The position numbers and the translations under genes are program-made. A DNA stretch of 64,000 nt from an uncultured cyanobacterium (GTDB lineage: Bacteria; Cyanobacteriota; Cyanobacteriia; Cyanobacteriales; Cyanobacteriaceae): positions 352,001-416,000 of the forward strand of contig CAVQBA010000007.1 of the NCBI GenBank assembly GCA_963710605.1. Reading direction: 5' to 3'. Each line of letters begins with the position of its first letter. Position 1 is the stretch's first letter. Positions 20,297 through 29,482 of the stretch are shown in pieces. Under the pieces are notes generated by a model. It had not been told where the DNA came from. It did not search any database and saw nothing but the letters and a program-made list of their open reading frames with translations.

Positions 20297-20768
20297 TTAA
20301 AATTCTATTAGCATAGGCTTTTCTAACTCTTGAAGAATATTAGGAGAAATTGCAATGGAATAACTCAAATCACCTGCATTAAAATAAATTTTATCAACAT
20401 TGAGTAAATCTCGATCCATAACTAATTTAAGTCCAAAAGCTTTTGCTAATGGTGGGAGTTCTCCAAAATTACATCCCGTAACCTCTTTTAGCTGTTCTAT
20501 ATTTGCTAATCTCACACTTTTAGAACCAATAGCACGATTAATTTTAGATAGATCAGCTTTTCTTGTTCGCAGGAAGGGCGACAATAACAAATCCTTTTTC
20601 TCCTTGTTTTTTATACCGAACAAAAAGAGCTTTTGCTTGTTGCTCATATTTTGTACCTAGAGTTTGATGGTACTCTTCTGCACTACCTGCTGGTTCATGA
20701 TGAATTTCTTCGTATTCTACATGATTATCATCTAAATAGCATTTTACTAATTCTTTTACACTTTTCAT
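20297..20768 (-). CDS. YbaK/ProX-family aminoacyl-tRNA trans-editing protein, split by a +1 frameshift near 20557-20561
   Basis: Joined frames read MKSVKEL...IHHEPA...QQAKALFV...LPANKK/ADLSKI...GCNFGELPPL...IYFNAG; one extra A in AAGAAAAGCT. Confidence 0.82.
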
Positions 20769-20804
20769 TTTTTTACCTAATAAAATTAACATTTGAAAAA
20801 TCAC

Positions 20805-22007
20805 TTAACCTCTTTTGAGGATGTGTGATGTAGAAATCTCAAAAAAATCTCCATACGAAAAACTAGAGAAATTTTCTGTAATTTGTCGCTCGAGACTGTG
20901 CAAGTCTAAGCTTTTTGGTGAATCGATCGCTGAGATGAAAACATTACCGGGAGAATAAGTAAGTACAACACGACCTGATATGTAGATACAAATTTCACGA
21001 ATAAACTCATCAATTGCTTTTTTTAATGGAGAATACCAGTGTCCGCCAACCACTAATTCTGTCCACTCATAATCTAATGATGTCTTTACTCTTAGCTCTC
21101 TTTGAGTCAGATTTGCTGTAGCAAGAGCTTGGAATGAACTTAATATCGCTTTTGCCCCCGGTGCTTCTCTTACTTCATGGTTTTTAATTTGCCCTAATGG
21201 TATGTCTTCAAGACCATTGAATCGACCAACACCATATAAATTACCGATAAAGTTTAATTCTTCTATTATCTGTAATAGTGTTTTATTTTCTCCGTTAATA
21301 GCGACTGGGAGTCCAGATTCAAAAGTTAATGATATGGTTTGATTCTTTTGAGGGCTATCGTAAGGGCTATTTGTCCAACTAAATGCTTCTTCAGGGACAA
21401 AATATTGCAGATTGTCGAGTGAACCGTTTTCAATCACTCTACCCCAGACATTTTGGTCAACACTAAAAATATTTTTTTCATCAAGTAATGATAATTTTTT
21501 TAGCTCTCTGAGTTTGGTCTCACGACAAATATTTTCTTTTAGAAAAGGGTTGCCAATATTTAACTCTGGAGCAAGAGTTCTGATGGATAGATTAAACCTC
21601 GAAGCACTATTTTGATGATAACAGCTAGTATGAACTATGCAGTCCGCTTGATATTGTCTGGCTATATCAACGGCTTTTTTTGCCATTAATGGTCGGCTCA
21701 AAGACGAACAAATCGGAAATACATTCTGATAGAGACAATTTACTTTTATACCTTGAGTAATAAAATCATCGACAAATTCATCGACAGCATTAATGTAAAG
21801 ATATTCAACTCCTAATAATTGGGCTTTTTTAGCAATGTCACTCTTTGGCGACGATGACTCTAAGTTAATGTGTAATGCAATTACGTCTAGATTATTTTGC
21901 ACTGCCCAATGCAAAAAATAGGTACTATCAAGACCTCCAGAATACAAAACAATAGACTTGTTTGTTTGTTTCATATCGTGTAAATTATCAATAAGACTAC
22001 CGACCAT
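20805..22007 (-). CDS. Argininosuccinate synthase-like ATP-dependent ligase (divergent paralogue)
   Basis: YSGGLDS, LSRPLMAK, FSVDQNVWGR.IE.G.L, F..G.PVA.NG, GVGR, EAPGA; AGGAGG RBS before the ATG at 22007. Confidence 0.88.
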   Translation of the reverse strand: MVGSLIDNLHDMKQTNKSIVLYSGGLDSTYFLHWAVQNNLDVIALHINLESSSPKSDIAKKAQLLGVEYLYINAVDEFVDDFITQGIKVNCLYQNVFPICSSLSRPLMAKKAVDIARQYQADCIVHTSCYHQNSASRFNLSIRTLAPELNIGNPFLKENICRETKLRELKKLSLLDEKNIFSVDQNVWGRVIENGSLDNLQYFVPEEAFSWTNSPYDSPQKNQTISLTFESGLPVAINGENKTLLQIIEELNFIGNLYGVGRFNGLEDIPLGQIKNHEVREAPGAKAILSSFQALATANLTQRELRVKTSLDYEWTELVVGGHWYSPLKKAIDEFIREICIYISGRVVLTYSPGNVFISAIDSPKSLDLHSLERQITENFSSFSYGDFFEISTSHILKRG

Positions 22008-22118
22008 ATGTGACCTCCTAATTACTTTTATTTTTTTGTACGATGTTTTTGAGTCAATTAGGTAGAGCAAATGAGCAAAACCATTGCCCTACCTACCTAC
22101 TTGACTAATAAAAAACAA

Positions 22119-23138
22119 TTAAAAATTTAGAGTCCGAGGCGAGCAAAAGTGATCTCGCACAGACCATAAATCATTTTTAATTAGCGTTCTTTGCAACCAA
22201 CGACAATTATTACTAGCGAATTTAGATTCAAATGCTACTCGACCGTGGAACGATTTTCTGTTGTTTATTAACAACATATCTTTAGCTTCGAGAACAATAT
22301 TTTTCACAACAAAAGATTCAAGACAAATACTTTTAAATTCATCTAATGCTTTTTGAGCGTCACCATTAACACCTTTCATGTCTGTAAATTCAACATTAAA
22401 TTGCGGAACAATCAAATTACTACCTTCAATTACCGGCATCAATTTAGCAACAAACATCTCTTCTGTATCGCTATCTGTTTGAAATGACTCGGGAGGTGTA
22501 ACATAAAACTGTTTTTTCTTCAGCTTATCAATCAATTGACAGGATAAATTTTTAATAATGTCCTTTCCATTGACGATTTTAGTAACAACCTTTACTTTTG
22601 GTTCTTCCCTAAGGCATAACACTGCCAAGTGATCCGGGCTGTCACCGCCTAGGTGTACGTCCTCGCAGTGAAGTGGAAGAGCTCTAAGCGAACCCGCATT
22701 AGATATTTGCTCTATAGATTCTTCCTGAGGATAGAGATTATGTACTAATTGACCCTCCTTCTCATTCTTATAAGCAATCGGTTCACCCACCAACTGTGCC
22801 ATTGCTAGTAAAGAGCCTTCGCTAATTTTATTAATAAAATGACTATCATCATTGGGCTTCATATTTGCTACATTACCAATAGGAATATTTTTAATCAAGA
22901 GATACCCATCACCAGACAAATCTCGTTTGAGATTAATCACTTTTTCGTAAATACGATCTGGTAATTCTTTGCGAAAGACATGTAGTACTTCGTATAAAAA
23001 AGCTTCGAGGTTTTCGTTGGGATTAGATTTTATCTTTCTTAAAGATTGCTCTAAACTAAAACTTTCCTTATCTGATAGTTCTGCTACATTGTGTTCTGTT
23101 TTGGGAGTTACCGTAGTGTAGTTGTCAATAACATTTTT
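22119..23138 (-). CDS. Clavaminate synthase/VioC/AsnO-like Fe(II)/2OG oxygenase (TauD/TfdA family); start uncertain
   Basis: GYLLIKNIP, LPLHCED (HxE), PDHLAVLCLR, INNRKSFHGR, RWLQR; frame stays open about 66 codons upstream of the GTG at 22940, up to A-tracts at 23134-23151. Confidence 0.85.
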   Translation of the reverse strand, partial: KNVIDNYTTVTPKTEHNVAELSDKESFSLEQSLRKIKSNPNENLEAFLYEVLHVFRKELPDRIYEKVINLKRDLSGDGYLLIKNIPIGNVANMKPNDDSHFINKISEGSLLAMAQLVGEPIAYKNEKEGQLVHNLYPQEESIEQISNAGSLRALPLHCEDVHLGGDSPDHLAVLCLREEPKVKVVTKIVNGKDIIKNLSCQLIDKLKKKQFYVTPPESFQTDSDTEEMFVAKLMPVIEGSNLIVPQFNVEFTDMKGVNGDAQKALDEFKSICLESFVVKNIVLEAKDMLLINNRKSFHGRVAFESKFASNNCRWLQRTLIKNDLWSVRDHFCSPRTLNF

Positions 23139-23312
23139 TTAGTTTTTTTTTAGTTGTGTGTTCGTGTCATAAGTCCTTAATATTTTTCCTGGACAACTCC
23201 TTTATAATTTCTGGAAACGTAGAAAAACAACTCCAAACCTCGCAAAAACGTTACTTCATCTATTAGCCTAAAAGTCTTGTCTAGTAATAATTTCAACGTT
23301 CGATCGAAGTAC

Positions 23313-23406
23313 CAAGTTATTATTGAAACGATAACTTGATATTTTTCTTTAATTCAGGTAACTATGACTTTTTTATGTTTTACTCATCAGTCATTAACGT
23401 TAATGA
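23313..23406. promoter_or_regulatory. Candidate operator palindromes upstream of the oxygenase operon
   Basis: CAAGTTAT-N10-ATAACTTG (23313-23338) and perfect 16-bp palindrome TCATTAACGTTAATGA (23391-23406). Confidence 0.3.
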
Positions 23407-23652
23407 GTAGTTTTGTAATATTTCTTTACACTTATGATGAAAACTCAAAGGTTAGTTTGAATATTTGAGTGCTGTTGTATCCTTTGACTGAATTTGTCAA
23501 CTTAATTTTCAGGCAAAGCTTCTGATAAGATAAAGCCCAAAAATTTTAATCAACTTTTAGAAAATTAATATAAGTCTTAATTCAAATTAACTGTCGTCTA
23601 AGATATTTCGTTTAAATTCGATCGTCATCAGTTTGAACTGAGATACAATTAC

Positions 23653-26600
23653 TCAAATTTCCTCTAGCCACGTTTTTAAAGCTGACTCCAAATTTTCTTG
23701 TTCGGGTAAAAATCCTCTCAATGGAGGTTCGATTGGCTCTTGGGTAATAAAAGCAATAGCAACAACACAACCTTGTTGTAAAAATTGACAAATCTTTTCG
23801 ATCGTATCAGTTAAGACACAATTATCAATAATAATGCTTTTAATGGCAGAAGGTTGACGTGTTCTATTCTGATTTAAAAATTGACGTTTAAGTTCAGGTA
23901 ACGAATTAATTTCAGGAAGATCGAGATCTGAAAATGTACTCTCAAATAAGAGGTTAGAAAATTCTTGTCTTATTTCTTGTTCTTGGGTCAAATATGTCAG
24001 ACTAGAAGCGTCAATATAAATTAGTTCTGGATGCTCTTGTAAAAGTACAAAATCTGAATTTTTTCTATTTATAGAAATTATATTTTGAGATGAAGTTACT
24101 TGTTGAAAAAAGACTGGATATAAAATTTCGTGTGACATTACCCATAGTGCTTCCACAACAGACGATTGCACCCACTCAGATTGATCTTGAAGTAAGGGAA
24201 TCAGCTCTTGAATTGCTTTGTCACTTCCAATTTTCGCTAATGCTACCACAACAGACGATTGCACCCACTCAGATTGATCTTGAAGTAAGGGAATCAGCTC
24301 TTGAATTGCTTTGTCACTTCCAATTTCCCCTAATGCTGCCACAACAGACGATTGCACCCACTCAGATTGATCTTGAAGTAAGGGAATCAGCTCTTGAATT
24401 GCTTTGTCACTTCCAATTTCCCCTAATGCTGCCACAACAGACCGTCGCACTCGATCAGATTGATCTTGAAGTAAGGGAATCAGCTCTTCAATTACTTCTT
24501 CACTTCCAATTTCCCTTAATGCTGCCACAACAGACCGTCGCACCCACTCAGATTGATCTTGAAGTAAAGGAATCAGCTCTTCAATTACTTCTTCACTTCC
24601 AATTTCCCTTAATGCTGCCACAACAGACGGTCGCACCCATGTAGATTTATCTTGAAGTAAGGGAATCAGCTCTTTGATTGCTTTGTCACTTCCAATTTCC
24701 CTTAATGCTACCACAACAGACGATCGCACATCTTCAGATTGATCTTGAAGTAAGGGAATCAGCTCTTGAATTACTTCTTCACTTCCAATTTTCCCTAATG
24801 CTACCTGAACAGACCGTCGCACTCGATCAGATTCATCTTGAAGTAAGGGAATAAGCTCTGGAATTAATTCTTCACTTCCAATCTTCCCTAATGCTTTCAC
24901 AACAGACTCTCGCACATCTTCAGGTTGATCTTGAAGTAAGGGAATCAGCTCTGGAATTACTTCTTCACTTCCAATTTCCCCTAATGCTACCACAACAAAG
25001 TATCGCACCCACTCAGATTGATCTTGAAGTAAGGGAATCAGCTCTTGAATTACTTCTTCACTTCCAATTTTCCCTAATGCTTTCACAACAGACTCTCGCA
25101 CATCTTCAGGTTGATCTTGAAGTAAGGGAATCAGCTCTGGAATTACTTCTTCACTTCCAATTTCCCCTAATACTTCCACAACAGACCGTCGCACTCGATT
25201 AGATTCATCTTGAAGTAAGGGAATCAGCTCTGGAATTACTTCTTCACTTCCAATTTCCCCTAATGCTATCTGAACAGACAATCGCACCCACTTAGATTGA
25301 TCTTGAAGTAAGGGAATCAGCTCTGGAATTACTTCTTCACTTCCAATTTTCCCTAATGCTTCCACAACAAACGATCGCACCCGCTCATATTCATCTTGAA
25401 GTAAGGGAATCAGCTCTGGAATTACTTCTTCACTTCCAATTTTCCCTAATGCTTTCACAACAGACGATCGCACCGAATCAGATTGATCTTGAAGTAAGGG
25501 AATCAGCTCTTTGATTGCTTTGTCACTTCCAATTTCCCCTAATGCTTCCACAAGAGACGATCGCACATCTTCAGATTGATCTTGAAGTAATCCTTCCACA
25601 AGAGACGATCGCACCCATGTAGATTTATCTTTAAGTAAGGACACAAAAATAGGAACGGCTTCCTCGGTTCTTATCTTAATCAGAGATTGCTTTATAGGTT
25701 CTTTAATTCGATCGTCTTGAATATAGATAACAATTTTATCAGTAATTGCCTTTTTTAAATCTGCCGAACAATTTTCATATTCTGTAATACCTTCTAAGGC
25801 TAATAAATATAACTTAATTTGATAAAAATCAATATCGCAATCAATTCCCGATTCAAACCTTATCATTGATTGATATAAAGCCAGTTTATGTTCTTCTAAG
25901 TCTTTGTTATCCAACCCTAACCAAAATAAATAAACTTCTTTCCACTGGCTATCAAATAGACGATAACTTCCTGTTGCCACCGAAGATGAGGTGACGGGTA
26001 GTTGGTGATTCAAGAAAAATTTATGACTATCGATGGCTTTTGCGGCAAAAAACTCATGTAAAGTAGTGTGAGGAAAAGCATAAACTTTTTCGTCATTAGT
26101 AGGATATCTATCCACCAAATTTAACCAACCAAACTGACAAGCCAAAAGAAATTGTTCTTCAGAAATATGATCGAGAATAAAACTTTGACTCAAACGAAAA
26201 CGACTCGGATTATCCATTGCTTTTAAAGCTATTTTCGCCAATGCGGAAAACAAACTTCTTTGCTTTGTTTGAGTTAATGATGATTGATTTTGATTCCATC
26301 GCTCACTATACTTATTTACGAAACTTTGAAATAATTGAGCTTTGGCGGTAGGAAGCGTTTGGCGAACACTCCACATTTCACATAACAAACATAGATATAG
26401 CGGATTGCGAACTACCTCATTAATATTTTGATATTTTGTATCTTTTAATTTCTCGATTAATGAAGTTGCTGTAGTTAATTCGGAAAAATTACCAAGTTGA
26501 TTATTTTGTTTCCATTCATCAAAAAATTTGAGAATATATTCTTTTATCTGTTCATTATCAAATTGTTTGGCACGAAAAGTAGAGTAATTAGTGAGATTAT

Positions 26601-27774
26601 GATTACTTTGACTATCCCATGTTGTCAGTCTTGAGGCGATAATGATTTTGGCTTTCTTTTTAATCCAATCTTTCTCCTGACTTAATTTATCATTTAACCA
26701 AGAAGTTGGTTGACTACCAATTAGGGCAATTTCATCTAAGCCATCTAGTATAAAATAAATCTTACTTTGATTAAAATCATTGTTTAAAAACTCTTGAATA
26801 TGAGCAGTTTGGTCTTCTTCTGTCGGATATTTATCATCAATTTCCTGACGCAAAAGATTCTTGCAATATTTCTCAACAGAGCAGTCTTTTTCTTTTAATG
26901 AAGCGATACTAATATAAATAGGATAACCAATATCTTCTCTTAAAATATACTCAGCTATTTTAGTAAGTGATGTAGTTTTTCCTGCACCTGCTTCTCCGAT
27001 TAAACAGACATCTTTTTTGAAATCTGTAGTTAAGATAGTATCTAAAAATTCTTGAAATAAATATTCTTGAACAATAACATTTTTATCTTCTTGTAAATCA
27101 TCGTAATTTAAAGGATTGTTAGGTTCACAGTTTTGTTTGCGTGTGGGTTGGTTTTTTCTTTCTATTAATTCCAAACGCACAAAAATATCTAAGTCTCTGC
27201 CTTTCGGTAATAAAGGACGACGAATATTTTCTATTTGTTTGATTAAAATATTGTTGAAAATACTCTTCCAATCACTATTAACAGGAAAAAGTTTATTTTT
27301 GAAGTATTCAAAGTTTTTATCGATCGAATTACTATCTTTTAGGTCGTATTTTAAAGGTATATTAATTATGAAAAATCCTGTATCGTTCTTTTTTTTAAAT
27401 ATTGTCAAGCTAATTAACTGTAATGTATCTAACTCAATTAAAGCTTTTTTTATTTTCTGTTTATACTTTGTTAGTTCCTTATCCGATATTTCTGGCTCAT
27501 TTTTACAAATGACATGATATAGATTACCAATAATAAAACCTATTTCTGTTCCATCTTTTTTATTTTTACCTGAAATTTTTAAAGACGTTATTTGGCTTTG
27601 GTTTTGTTCTAATTTCAGAAAAGGAACAATATTTCTTCTTGACTGCTCGTATTCTCCTAAATCACTACTTATATCTATTTCACTTTGTTGATTTTGATTT
27701 ATCTTTGTAAAATATTTTTGGAGGATCTCGAATATAGCACTAAGTATTTCTAAACAGGGCAAAGTATTCGTCAT
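23653..27774 (-). CDS. NACHT (STAND) NTPase with HEAT-repeat array and C-terminal alpha/beta domain
   Basis: Walker A GEAGAGKTT, Walker B FILDGLDE, IIASR, NPLYLCLLC, FPHTTLHEFFAA, then 15 complete 31-aa HEAT-like repeats. Confidence 0.9.
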   Translation of the reverse strand: MTNTLPCLEILSAIFEILQKYFTKINQNQQSEIDISSDLGEYEQSRRNIVPFLKLEQNQSQITSLKISGKNKKDGTEIGFIIGNLYHVICKNEPEISDKELTKYKQKIKKALIELDTLQLISLTIFKKKNDTGFFIINIPLKYDLKDSNSIDKNFEYFKNKLFPVNSDWKSIFNNILIKQIENIRRPLLPKGRDLDIFVRLELIERKNQPTRKQNCEPNNPLNYDDLQEDKNVIVQEYLFQEFLDTILTTDFKKDVCLIGEAGAGKTTSLTKIAEYILREDIGYPIYISIASLKEKDCSVEKYCKNLLRQEIDDKYPTEEDQTAHIQEFLNNDFNQSKIYFILDGLDEIALIGSQPTSWLNDKLSQEKDWIKKKAKIIIASRLTTWDSQSNHNLTNYSTFRAKQFDNEQIKEYILKFFDEWKQNNQLGNFSELTTATSLIEKLKDTKYQNINEVVRNPLYLCLLCEMWSVRQTLPTAKAQLFQSFVNKYSERWNQNQSSLTQTKQRSLFSALAKIALKAMDNPSRFRLSQSFILDHISEEQFLLACQFGWLNLVDRYPTNDEKVYAFPHTTLHEFFAAKAIDSHKFFLNHQLPVTSSSVATGSYRLFDSQWKEVYLFWLGLDNKDLEEHKLALYQSMIRFESGIDCDIDFYQIKLYLLALEGITEYENCSADLKKAITDKIVIYIQDDRIKEPIKQSLIKIRTEEAVPIFVSLLKDKSTWVRSSLVEGLLQDQSEDVRSSLVEALGEIGSDKAIKELIPLLQDQSDSVRSSVVKALGKIGSEEVIPELIPLLQDEYERVRSFVVEALGKIGSEEVIPELIPLLQDQSKWVRLSVQIALGEIGSEEVIPELIPLLQDESNRVRRSVVEVLGEIGSEEVIPELIPLLQDQPEDVRESVVKALGKIGSEEVIQELIPLLQDQSEWVRYFVVVALGEIGSEEVIPELIPLLQDQPEDVRESVVKALGKIGSEELIPELIPLLQDESDRVRRSVQVALGKIGSEEVIQELIPLLQDQSEDVRSSVVVALREIGSDKAIKELIPLLQDKSTWVRPSVVAALREIGSEEVIEELIPLLQDQSEWVRRSVVAALREIGSEEVIEELIPLLQDQSDRVRRSVVAALGEIGSDKAIQELIPLLQDQSEWVQSSVVAALGEIGSDKAIQELIPLLQDQSEWVQSSVVVALAKIGSDKAIQELIPLLQDQSEWVQSSVVEALWVMSHEILYPVFFQQVTSSQNIISINRKNSDFVLLQEHPELIYIDASSLTYLTQEQEIRQEFSNLLFESTFSDLDLPEINSLPELKRQFLNQNRTRQPSAIKSIIIDNCVLTDTIEKICQFLQQGCVVAIAFITQEPIEPPLRGFLPEQENLESALKTWLEEI
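24150..25630 (-). repeat. 93-bp tandem repeat array encoding HEAT-like units
   Basis: TCTTGAAGTAAGGGAATCAGCTC recurs every 93 nt; 15 full units plus partial flanking units. Confidence 0.93.
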
Positions 27775-28085
27775 TATTTATTACGATCGATTCTTCTTTC
27801 TCTTAATATAGCTAAAAATCTTTGACGATCGATAATCTTAGTAAGATTAAGATATATTTTCAAAAATTGATAGAAGTCTTTTCTTTTGAAGGGAAAATTT
27901 AGAAGGGTTGTTTAGCTAATTTACGATATTTTTCTCATCACTATCGATTGAGGCTCAATGGTTGATAAATTCTCTATACTTGTTCAGATTGCTATTTCAG
28001 GATTCATTTTTTATTATTTACGATCGATTATCAATTGATAACTGATTTTGGTACAATTTTTTTAGTGTAAAAAGCAAATAGAGAT

Positions 28086-29405
28086 ATGTTAAGTAATTCA
28101 GAAATTATTGCTCAGTTAGATGGTATCAAGACGATTCAAGAACCAGAACAAATCAAAAAACTATCTTTGGATTACTATTATTTTAGCCCTATATTAGAAG
28201 ATAAATTACAAGATAAAAGAGCCGATTTAGTTGTCAAACCAATAAATGAAGCAGAAGTTTTACGAGTTGCTCAAATATGTGTCAAGAATAAAATTCCCTT
28301 AACAGTTAGAGGTGCAGGCACTGGTAATTACGGGCAATGTATCCCCTTAAATGGTGGGATTGTGATGGATATGAGCCAAATGAATAAAATTCACTGGATT
28401 AAATCGGGAATTGCCTGCGTGCAGTCTGGTATCAAAATGGGTGCATTAGAAAAAGAAACTAAAAAGCAAGGGTGGGAATTGAGAATGATACCTTCTACTT
28501 ATAAAACAGCAACTTTGGGCGGTTTTATTGGTGGTGGTAGTGGCGGTATTGGTTCGATTAATTATGGGCAATTAAGAGATAGAGGTAATGTAAATCGTGT
28601 TAGAGTTGTTACCTTAGAAAACGAGCCTAGAGCGATCGAATTAACAGGAGATGAAACTAATCAAGTTAATCATGCCTACGGCACAAATGGCATTATTACT
28701 GAAATTGAAATACCTTTAGCTGTTACTCATGATTGGGTTGATGTAATTGTCGTTTTTGATGAGTTTATGACAAGTGCTAAGTTTGGTCAAGCTTTATGTG
28801 ATGGTGATGGCATTACCAAAAGACTAGTTAGTATTCACAGCTATCCTATTCCTAGTTATTTTACTGCTCTTCAAGCCTATTTACCTGAAAACAAAAGTTG
28901 TGCTTTATTAACTGTTGCTCAAAATTCGTTGGTAGGATTAAAAGAATTAGTTGCTGAGTATAATGGAGAAATTACTTATCAAAAAGATTTAACTGAGAAT
29001 CATAATTCACATTTAATCGAATTTACTTGGAATCATACTACTCTTCATGCTCGTAATGTCGATCGTAATTTAACTTATCTGCAAACTTTCTTTTTCAGTT
29101 TAGATACTGTCGAACAAATGTATAACCATTTTGCTGAAGAGGTAATTATGCACTTAGAATTTTTAAGAGTTGGAGGCAAAGCGATTCCTGCTGGTTTACA
29201 GTTAGTCCAATTTTCCACACCAGAAAGATTAGACGAAATTATTAAATTCCACGAAGACAACGGGGCGATGATTGCTAATCCGCATACTTATATATTAGAA
29301 GATGGTGGTAGAAAAAAAGTTGAACCAGAACAACTAAAATTTAAACAAATGGTCGATCCTTTTGGTTTAATGAATCAAGGTAAGATGAAAGCATGGAATC
29401 AATAA
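28086..29405 (+). CDS. FAD-binding oxidoreductase (FAD_binding_4/PCMH, GlcD-like)
   Basis: VRGAGTGNYGQC, ATLGGFIGGGSGG, HAYGTNGIITE, DPFGLMN.GK. Confidence 0.88.
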   Translation: MLSNSEIIAQLDGIKTIQEPEQIKKLSLDYYYFSPILEDKLQDKRADLVVKPINEAEVLRVAQICVKNKIPLTVRGAGTGNYGQCIPLNGGIVMDMSQMNKIHWIKSGIACVQSGIKMGALEKETKKQGWELRMIPSTYKTATLGGFIGGGSGGIGSINYGQLRDRGNVNRVRVVTLENEPRAIELTGDETNQVNHAYGTNGIITEIEIPLAVTHDWVDVIVVFDEFMTSAKFGQALCDGDGITKRLVSIHSYPIPSYFTALQAYLPENKSCALLTVAQNSLVGLKELVAEYNGEITYQKDLTENHNSHLIEFTWNHTTLHARNVDRNLTYLQTFFFSLDTVEQMYNHFAEEVIMHLEFLRVGGKAIPAGLQLVQFSTPERLDEIIKFHEDNGAMIANPHTYILEDGGRKKVEPEQLKFKQMVDPFGLMNQGKMKAWNQ

Positions 29406-29482
29406 TTGACAATTGACAATTGACAATTGACAATTGAGAATAACTTTTTACTTTTTACTTTTTACTTCATACTTACCCATTA

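Noticed and set aside
20805-22070. Calling this gene housekeeping argG
   Set aside because: Aspartate-binding loop is not conserved and the context is accessory; symbol withheld
20297-23170. Guanitoxin or clavam cluster
   Set aside because: Only the oxygenase family is shared; no PLP enzymes, kinase, methyltransferases, CEAS or beta-lactam synthetase nearby
24090-25202. Plus-strand repetitive ORFs 24090-24644 and 24891-25202; CRISPR-like appearance of the array
   Set aside because: Antisense shadows of the HEAT array; units are 93-bp in-frame coding repeats with no unique spacers and no cas genes
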